From: a virus
Virus record (IMG/VR): IMGVR_UViG_3300028840_005911
Location: 1-64,000 of that record
Length of the DNA stretch: 64,000 nt
Direction: 5' to 3' (one strand)
The translations under genes were made by a program, and so were the position numbers. Shown here piece by piece: positions 1 through 8,213 of this stretch. Under the pieces are notes generated by a model, which was not told the origin of the DNA, ran no database searches, and saw nothing but the letters and a program-made list of their open reading frames with translations. Position 1 is the stretch's first letter, and each line of letters opens with the position of its first letter.

Positions 1-1
1 C

Positions 2-1042
2 TTCATACTCGAGAGGATCATCACTGAGGACTCCGACAGGAACTGTAGTGACTACATACCGGTCGGGGAAAGGGAGACAGCAGTAAGGAGTGTACTGGCC
101 AATAAATTCGGAATAGGAGCGCTACGAGGAATCAACAAACTACACCAGATGGTACTGGAAGACGAGGAACTAGAAAGCATGGAAGAATCGGTAGATTTTG
201 AGTCCTTGATAAAGGAGGGTATGACTACCGAAGAGCGGAAGGATCAGCTCAGGTTCGAGACCGACGACGCCGGGGATACCAAACTCGACAAAGACGGTAA
301 CCCGAAACCAAGACTGACCTTCACCCTTCGGAAGTACGCCACAGATCCTGAAGGACCAGTCAGGGAACCGCCAGACAAGGTACTGTTCTGGACGGCAGAG
401 CAACTGATCACAGTCATCGTGAAGGCAGAGCTCGAGGAGGGACTGCTAATCAAGTCTTCGAAGTCAAAGAAGTCAAAGGCTTCGAAAACATCAACCAAAA
501 AGAAGGAGGAGTCTGACATGGCAGCGAAGAAAGTCAAGAGGCGCGTGATCGTCCGAGGCAAGGGAAAGGGTGCGGTACCGAGGAAGGCAGGCGGGGAAGG
601 TGCGGAGGAGAAGGGCGGCAAGGTGGCTAGCCCTCCGACCGGGAAGCGCAAGCGTCGTTCAAAGAAGGCCAAGGAAGCCGCAGAGGAGAAGCCGCAGGTC
701 GAAGAGACCACAGAAGCTCCCGCCTTCGACGTGGAAGCGCTCAAGGAGGAGATCGTCGGCGACCTCAAGATGCACATCGACAAGAAGCTCGAAGAGGCAG
801 TGAACGCCATCGAGGCCAATCTGGACGCCTTCCGCCAGCGCAACTCCGAGAACCTCACCTCTCTGCATGACGTTCTTCTCGGGTTCGTCAACGACAAGAT
901 GAACGAGCTCGTCATCCAGATCGCCGGTACGGACGAAGAGCTCGAGGAGTTCGAGCCCATGGACGTCGAAGAGAAGCTCCTGTGGCCCGACGAAACGACC
1001 ATCGATTCCTACCTCGACAGTGGGGAAGACGAGGGGGAATGA
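2..1042 (+). CDS. 5'-truncated hypothetical protein with Lys/Ser-rich basic linker and acidic C-terminus; possible internal start at 518
   Basis: The frame of ORF 149..1042 stays open back to base 2 (FILERIITEDSDRN...LHQMVLED), so the true start is outside the window. SD AAGGAGG precedes an in-frame ATG at 518 (MAAKKVKRR). Confidence 0.75.
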   Translation, partial: FILERIITEDSDRNCSDYIPVGERETAVRSVLANKFGIGALRGINKLHQMVLEDEELESMEESVDFESLIKEGMTTEERKDQLRFETDDAGDTKLDKDGNPKPRLTFTLRKYATDPEGPVREPPDKVLFWTAEQLITVIVKAELEEGLLIKSSKSKKSKASKTSTKKKEESDMAAKKVKRRVIVRGKGKGAVPRKAGGEGAEEKGGKVASPPTGKRKRRSKKAKEAAEEKPQVEETTEAPAFDVEALKEEIVGDLKMHIDKKLEEAVNAIEANLDAFRQRNSENLTSLHDVLLGFVNDKMNELVIQIAGTDEELEEFEPMDVEEKLLWPDETTIDSYLDSGEDEGE

Positions 1043-1221
1043 CGAGGACGCCCCTCGGAATGAGGAGCGTCACCCCCTACGAACTGGAGTCCATGGGCTT
1101 CAACGCCCTCAAGAAGTTCGCCAGTAGTTGCGGTATCGGGTACCATAGACTCGATAGGGACGACCTGCTGGAAAAGATCCTCTTGGAGGGTCGGGAGGAC
1201 AATCATGGACCAAAGAACTGA
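1039..1221 (+). CDS. small protein, Rho-N/HeH-like helical nucleic-acid-binding motif (60 aa)
   Basis: ATGA overlap with the upstream stop. LESMGFNALKKFASSCGIGYHRLDRDDLLEKIL resembles the helix-extension-helix (Rho N-terminal-like) pattern. Confidence 0.55.
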   Translation: MTRTPLGMRSVTPYELESMGFNALKKFASSCGIGYHRLDRDDLLEKILLEGREDNHGPKN

Positions 1222-1465
1222 CGACACCCGCCGGGCAGTGATAGGAGACATCCTCAAGGAGCGGAACCACCAGCTGAAGAGGTGGGGACCCGGTCACGAT
1301 GAGATGCACGGTCCGAGTGAGTGGGTTACCATTTTGAACATCTACCTTGGTAAGGCCGCAATGGAGAGTCCCCTCTACCAGGGTGATTCCTACAGGGACG
1401 AAAGGTTCAAGAAGCGTCTCGTTCAGGTCGCTGCCATCTGTATGGCGGCCCTGGAGCGGATGTAG
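1205..1465 (+). CDS. small all-alpha phage protein, MazG-like NTP-pyrophosphohydrolase-fold candidate
   Basis: GGAGG SD. ER.HQ..RWG...D..H...EW.....YLGKA and KKRLVQVAAICMAALE match a common phage MazG-like family pattern. Confidence 0.55.
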   Translation: MDQRTDDTRRAVIGDILKERNHQLKRWGPGHDEMHGPSEWVTILNIYLGKAAMESPLYQGDSYRDERFKKRLVQVAAICMAALERM

Positions 1466-1470
1466 GACCG

Positions 1471-1499
1471 AAAAGAGGGGCTGGGGGACCCCTCTTTTT
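1471..1499. terminator. bidirectional intrinsic terminator
   Basis: AAAAGAGGGG-ctgggggac-CCCCTCTTTT(T): 10-bp perfect stem with A/T tails on both sides, between convergent genes. Confidence 0.8.
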
Positions 1500-1505
1500 A
1501 CCTCT

Positions 1506-1623
1506 CAAAAGCGTAAAAGTTGCCTCTGTAAACATCTGAAACCATTAAGGAAATTTTATGCCACGTGGTAAACGAATTCCCTAATGATTCATAGGGGTTA
1601 CGAGGGCAACTTTTACGCTTTTG
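1506..1623. repeat. long imperfect inverted repeat (19-bp perfect arms, about 26 bp imperfect)
   Basis: CAAAAGCGTAAAAGTTGCC (1506-1524) is the exact reverse complement of GGCAACTTTTACGCTTTTG (1605-1623). Pairing resumes with GTAA/TTAC after 3 mismatches. Confidence 0.9.
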
Positions 1624-1628
1624 GTGGG

Positions 1629-2075
1629 TCAGTTCAACTTGATAATGAGGATGGTCCCGGTCACCGCAACAGCGGCAGAACCCACTGCAAGGCCTATGAG
1701 GAAGCTCTTCAGGTCAAATCCGGACTCCTTGATGAGCTTCTCCTCGCACTTGTACCAGGTGTTGTGGAGCCTCAGTGACCTGTCCTTGTAAATATCCCGC
1801 TCCCTCTCCACAGATTTGGTGAAGGACAGCTGGAGCTGGACCACTCTGGTCTGGTCTTCGACTATCCTCTGCAGGTTCCCGATTCTGTCATTGGCCAAGA
1901 AGAGGTCGTGGTCTACCTTCAGAAGGATCTTGTATTCCTGGAAGAGGTAGTACCTGACGTGGCCTACGTCGGGAATGGTATACGCGGTGCCCGGGGAGAT
2001 ATAGTGGGTCTGGATCTTCACCGGGTCCGCATGGGCGGTAGAGGCCAGAAGAATGATTGCCAGGAAGACCTTCAT
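1629..2075 (-). CDS. exported coiled-coil protein with signal peptide and C-terminal TM anchor; spanin-like candidate
   Basis: Start reassigned to MKVFLAIILLASTAHA|DP (SPase I-type AHA site; ATGA overlap with upstream stop). Central coiled coil; C-terminal hydrophobic FLIGLAVGSAAVAVTGTILII. Confidence 0.65.
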   Translation of the reverse strand: MKVFLAIILLASTAHADPVKIQTHYISPGTAYTIPDVGHVRYYLFQEYKILLKVDHDLFLANDRIGNLQRIVEDQTRVVQLQLSFTKSVERERDIYKDRSLRLHNTWYKCEEKLIKESGFDLKSFLIGLAVGSAAVAVTGTILIIKLN

Positions 2076-2470
2076 GGCCCGGTGACCTCGAGATCGTCCC
2101 ACGACTTGAGCCCGTCGACCATCCTGTCGAAGGTGGTCTTCTTGCTCTTGTTGTCGACGATCTTTGCCTTCTGGTTCTCGATGTTCTTCTTGAGCTTGTC
2201 GATCTTCTGGTTGAGCTTGTACTGGGTCTTGAGCTCGGTGGCCAGCTTCTTCTCTTCCTCGGCCCTCTTGAGGTCTTCCTCCATCTTCCTGAGCTTGCTA
2301 TCCGCTTCTGCGATCTTCCTCCTATTGAGGACGTACATGACCGCGAAGAAGGCCGTGGATATCGCGAAGATGGCGACCAGGACGATCATCACGATGGTTG
2401 ATGTCCTGACCCCTTCGTCCCCAGAGATCTTGAGGACGAGGTTACTGAGCGGGGTGTTCTGCTGACTCAT
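2072..2470 (-). CDS. N-terminal TM plus coiled-coil protein; i-spanin (Rz)-like candidate
   Basis: Start MSQQNT at 2470 has a GGGGG SD. One TM (TIVMIVLVAIFAISTAFFAVMYVL) followed by a long charged heptad region. Confidence 0.6.
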   Translation of the reverse strand: MSQQNTPLSNLVLKISGDEGVRTSTIVMIVLVAIFAISTAFFAVMYVLNRRKIAEADSKLRKMEEDLKRAEEEKKLATELKTQYKLNQKIDKLKKNIENQKAKIVDNKSKKTTFDRMVDGLKSWDDLEVTGP

Positions 2471-2834
2471 CTTGTCCCCCACACTTACTGCACCCGTCTC
2501 CAGGACCACAGTTGCATGGCTTCTCGACATCAGTGGGTTCCTTGAACTTCATGGTGATCATGGCGTCGAGAAACCCGGCGCTTCTGCCGACCTCGATGTC
2601 CATCTCAGCGGTGAGCTGTTGAAGCCTAGACTGTAGACCGGAGATCTGCTCAGCTGTTTGGCTCCTTGACTGGCGTAAGGTCTCAAGCTTCTTCTGAGAC
2701 TCGAGATACTTGTTTGCCATCGTCAGCTCTAAGTCGGTCAGGCCCTCCTTACCGTTCTTGGCTTTGTTGATGACATTTTGGACGTACTGCTGCTGCACTT
2801 GCTCTGGTGTCCCGATCATGTTCTTTGCCTCCAT
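2442..2834 (-). CDS. hypothetical coiled-coil protein with Cys-rich C-terminus
   Basis: 130-aa ORF, TGATG-coupled to the upstream gene, ending CNCGPGDGCSKCGG. Confidence 0.7.
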   Translation of the reverse strand: MEAKNMIGTPEQVQQQYVQNVINKAKNGKEGLTDLELTMANKYLESQKKLETLRQSRSQTAEQISGLQSRLQQLTAEMDIEVGRSAGFLDAMITMKFKEPTDVEKPCNCGPGDGCSKCGGQDESAEHPAQ

Positions 2835-3136
2835 CAGGTTACTGTACCCGCGACGATCCCTTCGTCGATGAGGTACTGGTAGAGATCAGACTTGACCGCC
2901 GCATAGGTAGTGGCGTTGTCTGCAACGACCGCGTCGTAGTCGTCCCCGGTCAGGACGATATGGCTCTTCGGTTTGAGTCCCTGTTCCCACTTACCATCGA
3001 CGGTGTTTCCCCACTCGACGATGATCTCCATCTGCTTCTGGTTGAGGTACATGACGAAGGCGGTGATCTTGGCCTCTGCGTAGTCCACGCTATCCAGATC
3101 GCCGGGTTTTACGGCGGCTGTCAAAGTAACTGGCAT
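2834..3136 (-). CDS. putative fibre-assembly chaperone/adaptor, paralogue 1 of 4
   Basis: Lies 1 nt downstream of the 1368-aa fibre. Shares L...PGD.D..Y / WGNT.DG.W..G / TY.AVK.DLY..L...G...GT with 26318, 38633 and 42127. Confidence 0.7.
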   Translation of the reverse strand: MPVTLTAAVKPGDLDSVDYAEAKITAFVMYLNQKQMEIIVEWGNTVDGKWEQGLKPKSHIVLTGDDYDAVVADNATTYAAVKSDLYQYLIDEGIVAGTVT

Positions 3137-3137
3137 C

Positions 3138-6100
3138 TTAAACCTCCTGTGGCTCTATGCCTCTTACGAGTTTCCTGAGATCCTCGTATGTGAGTCCGAG
3201 TTTCTCGCATAAAATACTTACTATTCCGTACAGCTCCCCTATAGCACCAAGTTGGAGAGCTGTCATCTTTTTAGAGCTCATGAAACCGTTTTTCATTATC
3301 CCGAGCTCTTCGAACCTTTCCTTGTTGTAGGTAATTATCTTGTCCAGATCATTTGACATGATGCTGGCCATGTCCATACAGGCAACGGCATCCTGTTCGT
3401 CATCGAACGAGTTTATCGTGCCTAGATCAGTAACCAGATCTCCATCACCTTTGAAAAACGCTCTAGCAGTTGAGAGATTCCTTATGGCCAGTATGTTCTC
3501 GTCGTTCCCAAGGGGGTCTACCCCAGAGACGCCGTCATATTTTCCTGCCGTAATCATCACGGCACCTGTACCTGAGTTGGACTCAGTATCGTCTACTGTG
3601 TTTCCAAAACCTCGAAGGGCTAGACCAGTGTCGTCCCCAGAACCATTTGACCACCCACTCACGACTGCTCCGGCACCGGCGTTGATGGCGAACTGTGTGT
3701 CAGTCTCTCCCGTCCCCGAGCCCCAAGGAAGATCCTGCATATTGTGAGTATTGGCGGTGGATTTGAGAGAAAATGCCTTGCCGGATGAAGACCCTATGTT
3801 TAGGCACATACCACCTGTGAGGATGTCAGGTGAAGTCTCCGCATTCGTAGACAGCTTACCGTCACTGGTAATGTGAAGCCTCTGGGTACCTGTCCCGGTC
3901 CGTACATTGAAAGCGTTAGAGGTTATTGACCCGATGTAGAAATCTTGTGATCTGGAGTATATCCAATTACCAGTAGACTCGAGTCCGATATCTACGGCCC
4001 CGGTAGAGGTATTAGTCCTCATCACCCTGAATTTCGGGACGGCGCTGCTCGTGTCCTCTCTAATACACAACCCGTTTGTGTTGCTGATGTCAGCTATAGA
4101 GGCATCTCCAATCCCCATCAAGCCGGGGAGCCCAACATAACCATTATTCAATACCCAGAACGAGTAACCTGCCCCTCCTCCCGTCGTTGCAGTCCCAAAC
4201 ACATACTCATTTGCGGCGGATGAACTGTTCTCTACAAACAGTCCCTTCATATTGACTGGAGAATACCCAGAAGCTGAATGGCGAATATGGAATGTGTCAT
4301 CCCCAGGTACGATAAACCCGAAGCCAAACCCTAGTCCGGCAGTGGTGGAAGAAACATCATTGATGGTCATTCTTCTAACAAGAGACCCAGGAGCTACAGG
4401 CTCAGATAGGGACGAGGGGATTATGAAAGTAGCAAGGTCGTCTGCCGCTCCTTTTATCGTGACGTAAGCCGCGTCAGTTTCATCCCCATAGTACCACCCT
4501 CCGTTACCGAACGTCATGTTGAACCCAATGCCGGGCTCACTCCCTATTAGCGATACACCGCCGACATCAAATGCGGCCTCTTCCTTTAGAAAATCGGCAG
4601 TAGCGGTCAAGTTGCTGTACTTCCTCGCCGTGGCGATGACAGAGGGTATGGATGTAGCCCCAGGACTGTTCTCGGTGGCCAAGAGCTCGAGGGCCATACC
4701 TCCTGCAGTATCTGCAGTATAAGCCTCGGTTGCCCTTCCTACCACTCCTGCCAGGAATTTTGGATTCTCTGTAGTGAATTGCCCGTCGTAGCTCAAAAAC
4801 TTAAAGGCCGGGGTATATTTGGCGGACGTGTCCATACCCCCGCACATGACCTCTACGCCGGACATTGTTCTTGTGAGTGCGGTATCCCCGGAGGTCAAGT
4901 CTTCGAGCCGCGATATAGGGCTAGACCCTTCGATGTGAAACAGGGTATCCGGGGTTATAGTACCAACTCCGACATTCCCATTCTCATCAATTGAAAATCT
5001 GTCGGCCGGGGACGCCGTCCCGTCAGATGTCTCGAAAATAAGCTTGGTAGGTACCCATGATGCACCGGCTGCCCCAACTTGGATAGCCCTTACCAGTGCA
5101 CCGACTTGATGAGCTGGGGATGTATTGGTCCCGTAGAAGTAGATACTGCCGTACTCATCCCCGTTGCTGGTTGCGGCCAGGGTACCAACTGACCCGCCTC
5201 CACTTTTTCGCAGCTCTAAGCGTCCCCCCGTTGATGCCCCACCAGAATATCCGTACGCGCCTATGGTGCTTGTTCCGAATGTCCTGGTAGTGACATCCCC
5301 ATTGGCCTCAACGTAGAAGAGCTCGTCCCCAGCATCGTCCTTGAGGGATATCTTTTTCTGGTCAACGGCGTCTCCGGAATTTGCCCAGACAGCTACTGTC
5401 TCCCCGGCGATGCCTCCGCTGGAATCATGCCACATATCGATGGTATCTGGTGCGATGTCCCTATGCCGACCACTCTCAACATCATGCTCCTTGGTCTGCC
5501 TGAAGTGGAGACGTTCAAGACTCATGTTGGTCAGGTTGTCGGTCGGGTAAAGAACATCTTCGAAGTTCTCGACAGAAGGACCAACGATATTCAGGATAGC
5601 CTGCTGGACCCCGGCGTCTGCTTCCTGCATGTACTTCAGGCTGGTCCCAGACAAGAATGCTGCATCGCTCTGAGCAGCTCCAGAAAATGAGTCCATGCCG
5701 AGATAGAGGACGATGATGTCCTGGGAGTTGGCCGGAGCGGTGTTGGTATCGAACTTGATGAAGGGATCCTTCCAGAACGTCCCGTCTGTCTTCACCGTGA
5801 TGCTACCGAAACTGGTCCCCTCAACAGGGTTCAGGTAAACAGGCTCGTATTCATCGGTGACGAGCTCGAGCGTCTCGAGATCGACCACCTGCGACACCCG
5901 GTAAGTAGCATTGTTAGAGTACGGATCTGTCTCAGTATGTCCGGTCCACTCAACCAGATCGCCCTCGGCGACATTGTTGGTCGCGAAGTCTGCTCCGGAG
6001 ACCACGATCCTGTTGTTGAGCTCTACGCGGGTGACAGAGCCAGTCTCCTTGGTCTGCTGAAGATGGGCAGCAGATGTGACCCCGGTCGAGTCGGTGTACA

Positions 6101-7244
6101 CACCCTCAACAACCACACGCTCTGCTGCGATGGAGACTTTCTGGCAAGTAGATGGGGCCACAGGAGAGCTGAGGTCCATCCGTATCCCGGTGTCCGGGTG
6201 GATATCCTGGATCGTTGCCTGGTCTGCTGCCGTGTATCCGGTGACCTTGAGGGGTATGTTGTTGAACGTGGAGTTTCCTCCGGTCAGTCCGGTGAAAACG
6301 ACGTAGACCTCATTCTCAGGGTCGGCCACGGCAAAGGTGAAGGCCGCGTCGTTGATATCCACCAGAGCCTTGTGCTGGTCATCCTCTGAAACAGTGAGGC
6401 TGCTAGAGGTGCTCCCTACCTGGGTCTGCTCCTCGTTCACGAGCTCGTTACCGAACTCGTCCAGGATCGTGAAGATGTTCTCGAGCTGGGCTATCGTCGG
6501 CGGCGTGCTGTAGGAAGACGGACCAGTATAGACGTACCCGGTGAGGGTCACTCCCTCAGGAGATGCTGTCGCATAGGTGATGGCCGCTTCTTTCTTCACA
6601 GCCAGCCGACGCTGGGTGAGCATGTTGTTGACGACGCTTGTGTTGGATGCCAGCTGGAACGCCAGACGATTGTAGGTATTCGCATCGAAGCTCTCGCCCC
6701 ACGGCATGGAGGTCTGCTGCGGAAGAGCAATTTGTCTGTCTGGGTCGACATGCTGTGCTTGGGTGAGCTCGCCGCCAACGCTGACAGTCTCCGCATAGAG
6801 TCCCAGCTTCGCCAGAACATCAGGACCTGACGTGGCGTTGGTTTGAATACGAAGGTAACTGTTCTCTCCTGTCCTCGGGCTTTCAAGGCGCAGAAATCCA
6901 TTGTCGTCAAAAGCCGTGGGATTGGCCTCGCCGTCGTCGTTATTGATCTCCGCGATGACCTCGGCAAGGGTGTAAGGTCCACCGGAGGGGAAAGTGATCT
7001 GGCGCTGAGTTGGTGTATACGGCGATCCCGCAGTGTCGATCCAGATGTAGAATGATTCTCCGCCAACATCGAACTTGGTGGCCGGCTCCCGAACAGTACC
7101 GAGAATAATGGCCCTGTCTTTGAGAGTCGTGGGGAACAGGAAGAAGTCGGATGACAGTGACCCGTATGGCCCGATCTTGCCTGTGGCTTGGAAAGGCCAG
7201 GAGCCCATGATCTGGGAAAGGTTTCGATGCTGTATTCTGGACAT
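3138..7244 (-). CDS. long tail fibre protein (1368 aa)
   Basis: Follows baseplate genes. Modular G/S/T-rich beta repeats typical of fibres (VGVGTITPDTLFHIEG; QRLHITSDG). Helical C-terminal cap ending QLGAIGELY, loosely like intramolecular chaperone tails. Confidence 0.8.
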   Translation of the reverse strand: MSRIQHRNLSQIMGSWPFQATGKIGPYGSLSSDFFLFPTTLKDRAIILGTVREPATKFDVGGESFYIWIDTAGSPYTPTQRQITFPSGGPYTLAEVIAEINNDDGEANPTAFDDNGFLRLESPRTGENSYLRIQTNATSGPDVLAKLGLYAETVSVGGELTQAQHVDPDRQIALPQQTSMPWGESFDANTYNRLAFQLASNTSVVNNMLTQRRLAVKKEAAITYATASPEGVTLTGYVYTGPSSYSTPPTIAQLENIFTILDEFGNELVNEEQTQVGSTSSSLTVSEDDQHKALVDINDAAFTFAVADPENEVYVVFTGLTGGNSTFNNIPLKVTGYTAADQATIQDIHPDTGIRMDLSSPVAPSTCQKVSIAAERVVVEGVYTDSTGVTSAAHLQQTKETGSVTRVELNNRIVVSGADFATNNVAEGDLVEWTGHTETDPYSNNATYRVSQVVDLETLELVTDEYEPVYLNPVEGTSFGSITVKTDGTFWKDPFIKFDTNTAPANSQDIIVLYLGMDSFSGAAQSDAAFLSGTSLKYMQEADAGVQQAILNIVGPSVENFEDVLYPTDNLTNMSLERLHFRQTKEHDVESGRHRDIAPDTIDMWHDSSGGIAGETVAVWANSGDAVDQKKISLKDDAGDELFYVEANGDVTTRTFGTSTIGAYGYSGGASTGGRLELRKSGGGSVGTLAATSNGDEYGSIYFYGTNTSPAHQVGALVRAIQVGAAGASWVPTKLIFETSDGTASPADRFSIDENGNVGVGTITPDTLFHIEGSSPISRLEDLTSGDTALTRTMSGVEVMCGGMDTSAKYTPAFKFLSYDGQFTTENPKFLAGVVGRATEAYTADTAGGMALELLATENSPGATSIPSVIATARKYSNLTATADFLKEEAAFDVGGVSLIGSEPGIGFNMTFGNGGWYYGDETDAAYVTIKGAADDLATFIIPSSLSEPVAPGSLVRRMTINDVSSTTAGLGFGFGFIVPGDDTFHIRHSASGYSPVNMKGLFVENSSSAANEYVFGTATTGGGAGYSFWVLNNGYVGLPGLMGIGDASIADISNTNGLCIREDTSSAVPKFRVMRTNTSTGAVDIGLESTGNWIYSRSQDFYIGSITSNAFNVRTGTGTQRLHITSDGKLSTNAETSPDILTGGMCLNIGSSSGKAFSLKSTANTHNMQDLPWGSGTGETDTQFAINAGAGAVVSGWSNGSGDDTGLALRGFGNTVDDTESNSGTGAVMITAGKYDGVSGVDPLGNDENILAIRNLSTARAFFKGDGDLVTDLGTINSFDDEQDAVACMDMASIMSNDLDKIITYNKERFEELGIMKNGFMSSKKMTALQLGAIGELYGIVSILCEKLGLTYEDLRKLVRGIEPQEV

Positions 7245-7253
7245 TGTGTTCTC

Positions 7254-7853
7254 CTAGAACCGGAATTCCCAGTTGATCTCAAGGATGAAGTCCGGTGTTT
7301 TCGGAAGAGCTTCGAAGACCTTGTAGGCCACCGGAGGGTTGGATCCTACGTTGGGGTCCAGAGTTGTGGTCTCCCCAGAAGCTTCCGCATCTTCCGTGCC
7401 GGTATATGCCGCACAAGGGGCGGCTATCTCTGCCGGGTTGACATCAACGTACAGACCTGCCTCGGTCACTTCCACCGTTGATCCCGAAAAGGATATCTCA
7501 GAGCCTGCGAACTCCTTGGTGAACTTGACCGAGGAAAGGGTCGGGAAGGTGACCGAGTCGATTGTAGCCAGATAGTCGGTGGCGTTCACCAGGGCAGGAG
7601 CGTTGAGCGCCGCAACGGTAGTCACTTCGAACTGTGATCCCGTGCCGACTCCCATCCATCGTGCCCTACGGCGCGTGTAGGGTGCGTCTGTGGAGCCTAT
7701 CGTTTGCCAAGCGATCAGCTTCGAAAGCCAGTTCCTTCCGTTGGAGGTGAACACGTTGTGGCCTTCCCTCCGAGTACCGGGGACGATCTTTCCCCTCTCG
7801 CGGCACAGGGCAGAGAAGTTGCCCACGATTTCTATGTCCACTACGTTCAACAT
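7254..7853 (-). CDS. tail-collar/baseplate fibre-attachment protein (DUF3751-like)
   Basis: HNVFTSNGRNWL...RWMGVGTG...EAGLY...YKVFEALPKTPDFILEINWEFRF pattern, positioned just before the fibre. Confidence 0.55.
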   Translation of the reverse strand: MLNVVDIEIVGNFSALCRERGKIVPGTRREGHNVFTSNGRNWLSKLIAWQTIGSTDAPYTRRRARWMGVGTGSQFEVTTVAALNAPALVNATDYLATIDSVTFPTLSSVKFTKEFAGSEISFSGSTVEVTEAGLYVDVNPAEIAAPCAAYTGTEDAEASGETTTLDPNVGSNPPVAYKVFEALPKTPDFILEINWEFRF

Positions 7854-7862
7854 GTCTATCTC

Positions 7863-8213
7863 CTACGGCTCTGTGAAGGCTACCTTGGTCTTCGAAGGCA
7901 TCCTCGTAATGGTGAACTCATACGAGGTGGTGTCGGTGGCATAGCTATTGAGCGCCTCGAACACTTCGATGACTCTATCTGATACATCGATCACCGCGTT
8001 GGTGATTGTCAGGACACGGTTGTGATTGGGGCCCGATGCAAGGGGGTCGACCAGCTTCAGCTTATCCCCGTACATCATCCCGAAGAGAATCGGGTCCGGT
8101 GTGGTGTCGGTATAGTTTGAGGGGATCCAATCCTTACCCCCAGACTCTGGAACGAAAGAGGGATCCAGAATCAGCTGGTACTCATCATGGACCGTCAGGT
8201 AGTTGTCGGCCAT
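7863..8213 (-). CDS. small virion-associated hypothetical protein (116 aa)
   Basis: Start reassigned to MADNYL at 8213 (TGATG overlap). Contains one copy of the shared GD.L.L...G.N..V..I module. Confidence 0.7.
   Translation of the reverse strand: MADNYLTVHDEYQLILDPSFVPESGGKDWIPSNYTDTTPDPILFGMMYGDKLKLVDPLASGPNHNRVLTITNAVIDVSDRVIEVFEALNSYATDTTSYEFTITRMPSKTKVAFTEP

Noticed and set aside
1584-1778. Plus-strand 64-aa ORF and similar short antisense ORFs throughout the track
   Set aside because: They overlap better-supported minus-strand genes or the inverted repeat and have no SD or recognisable motifs.
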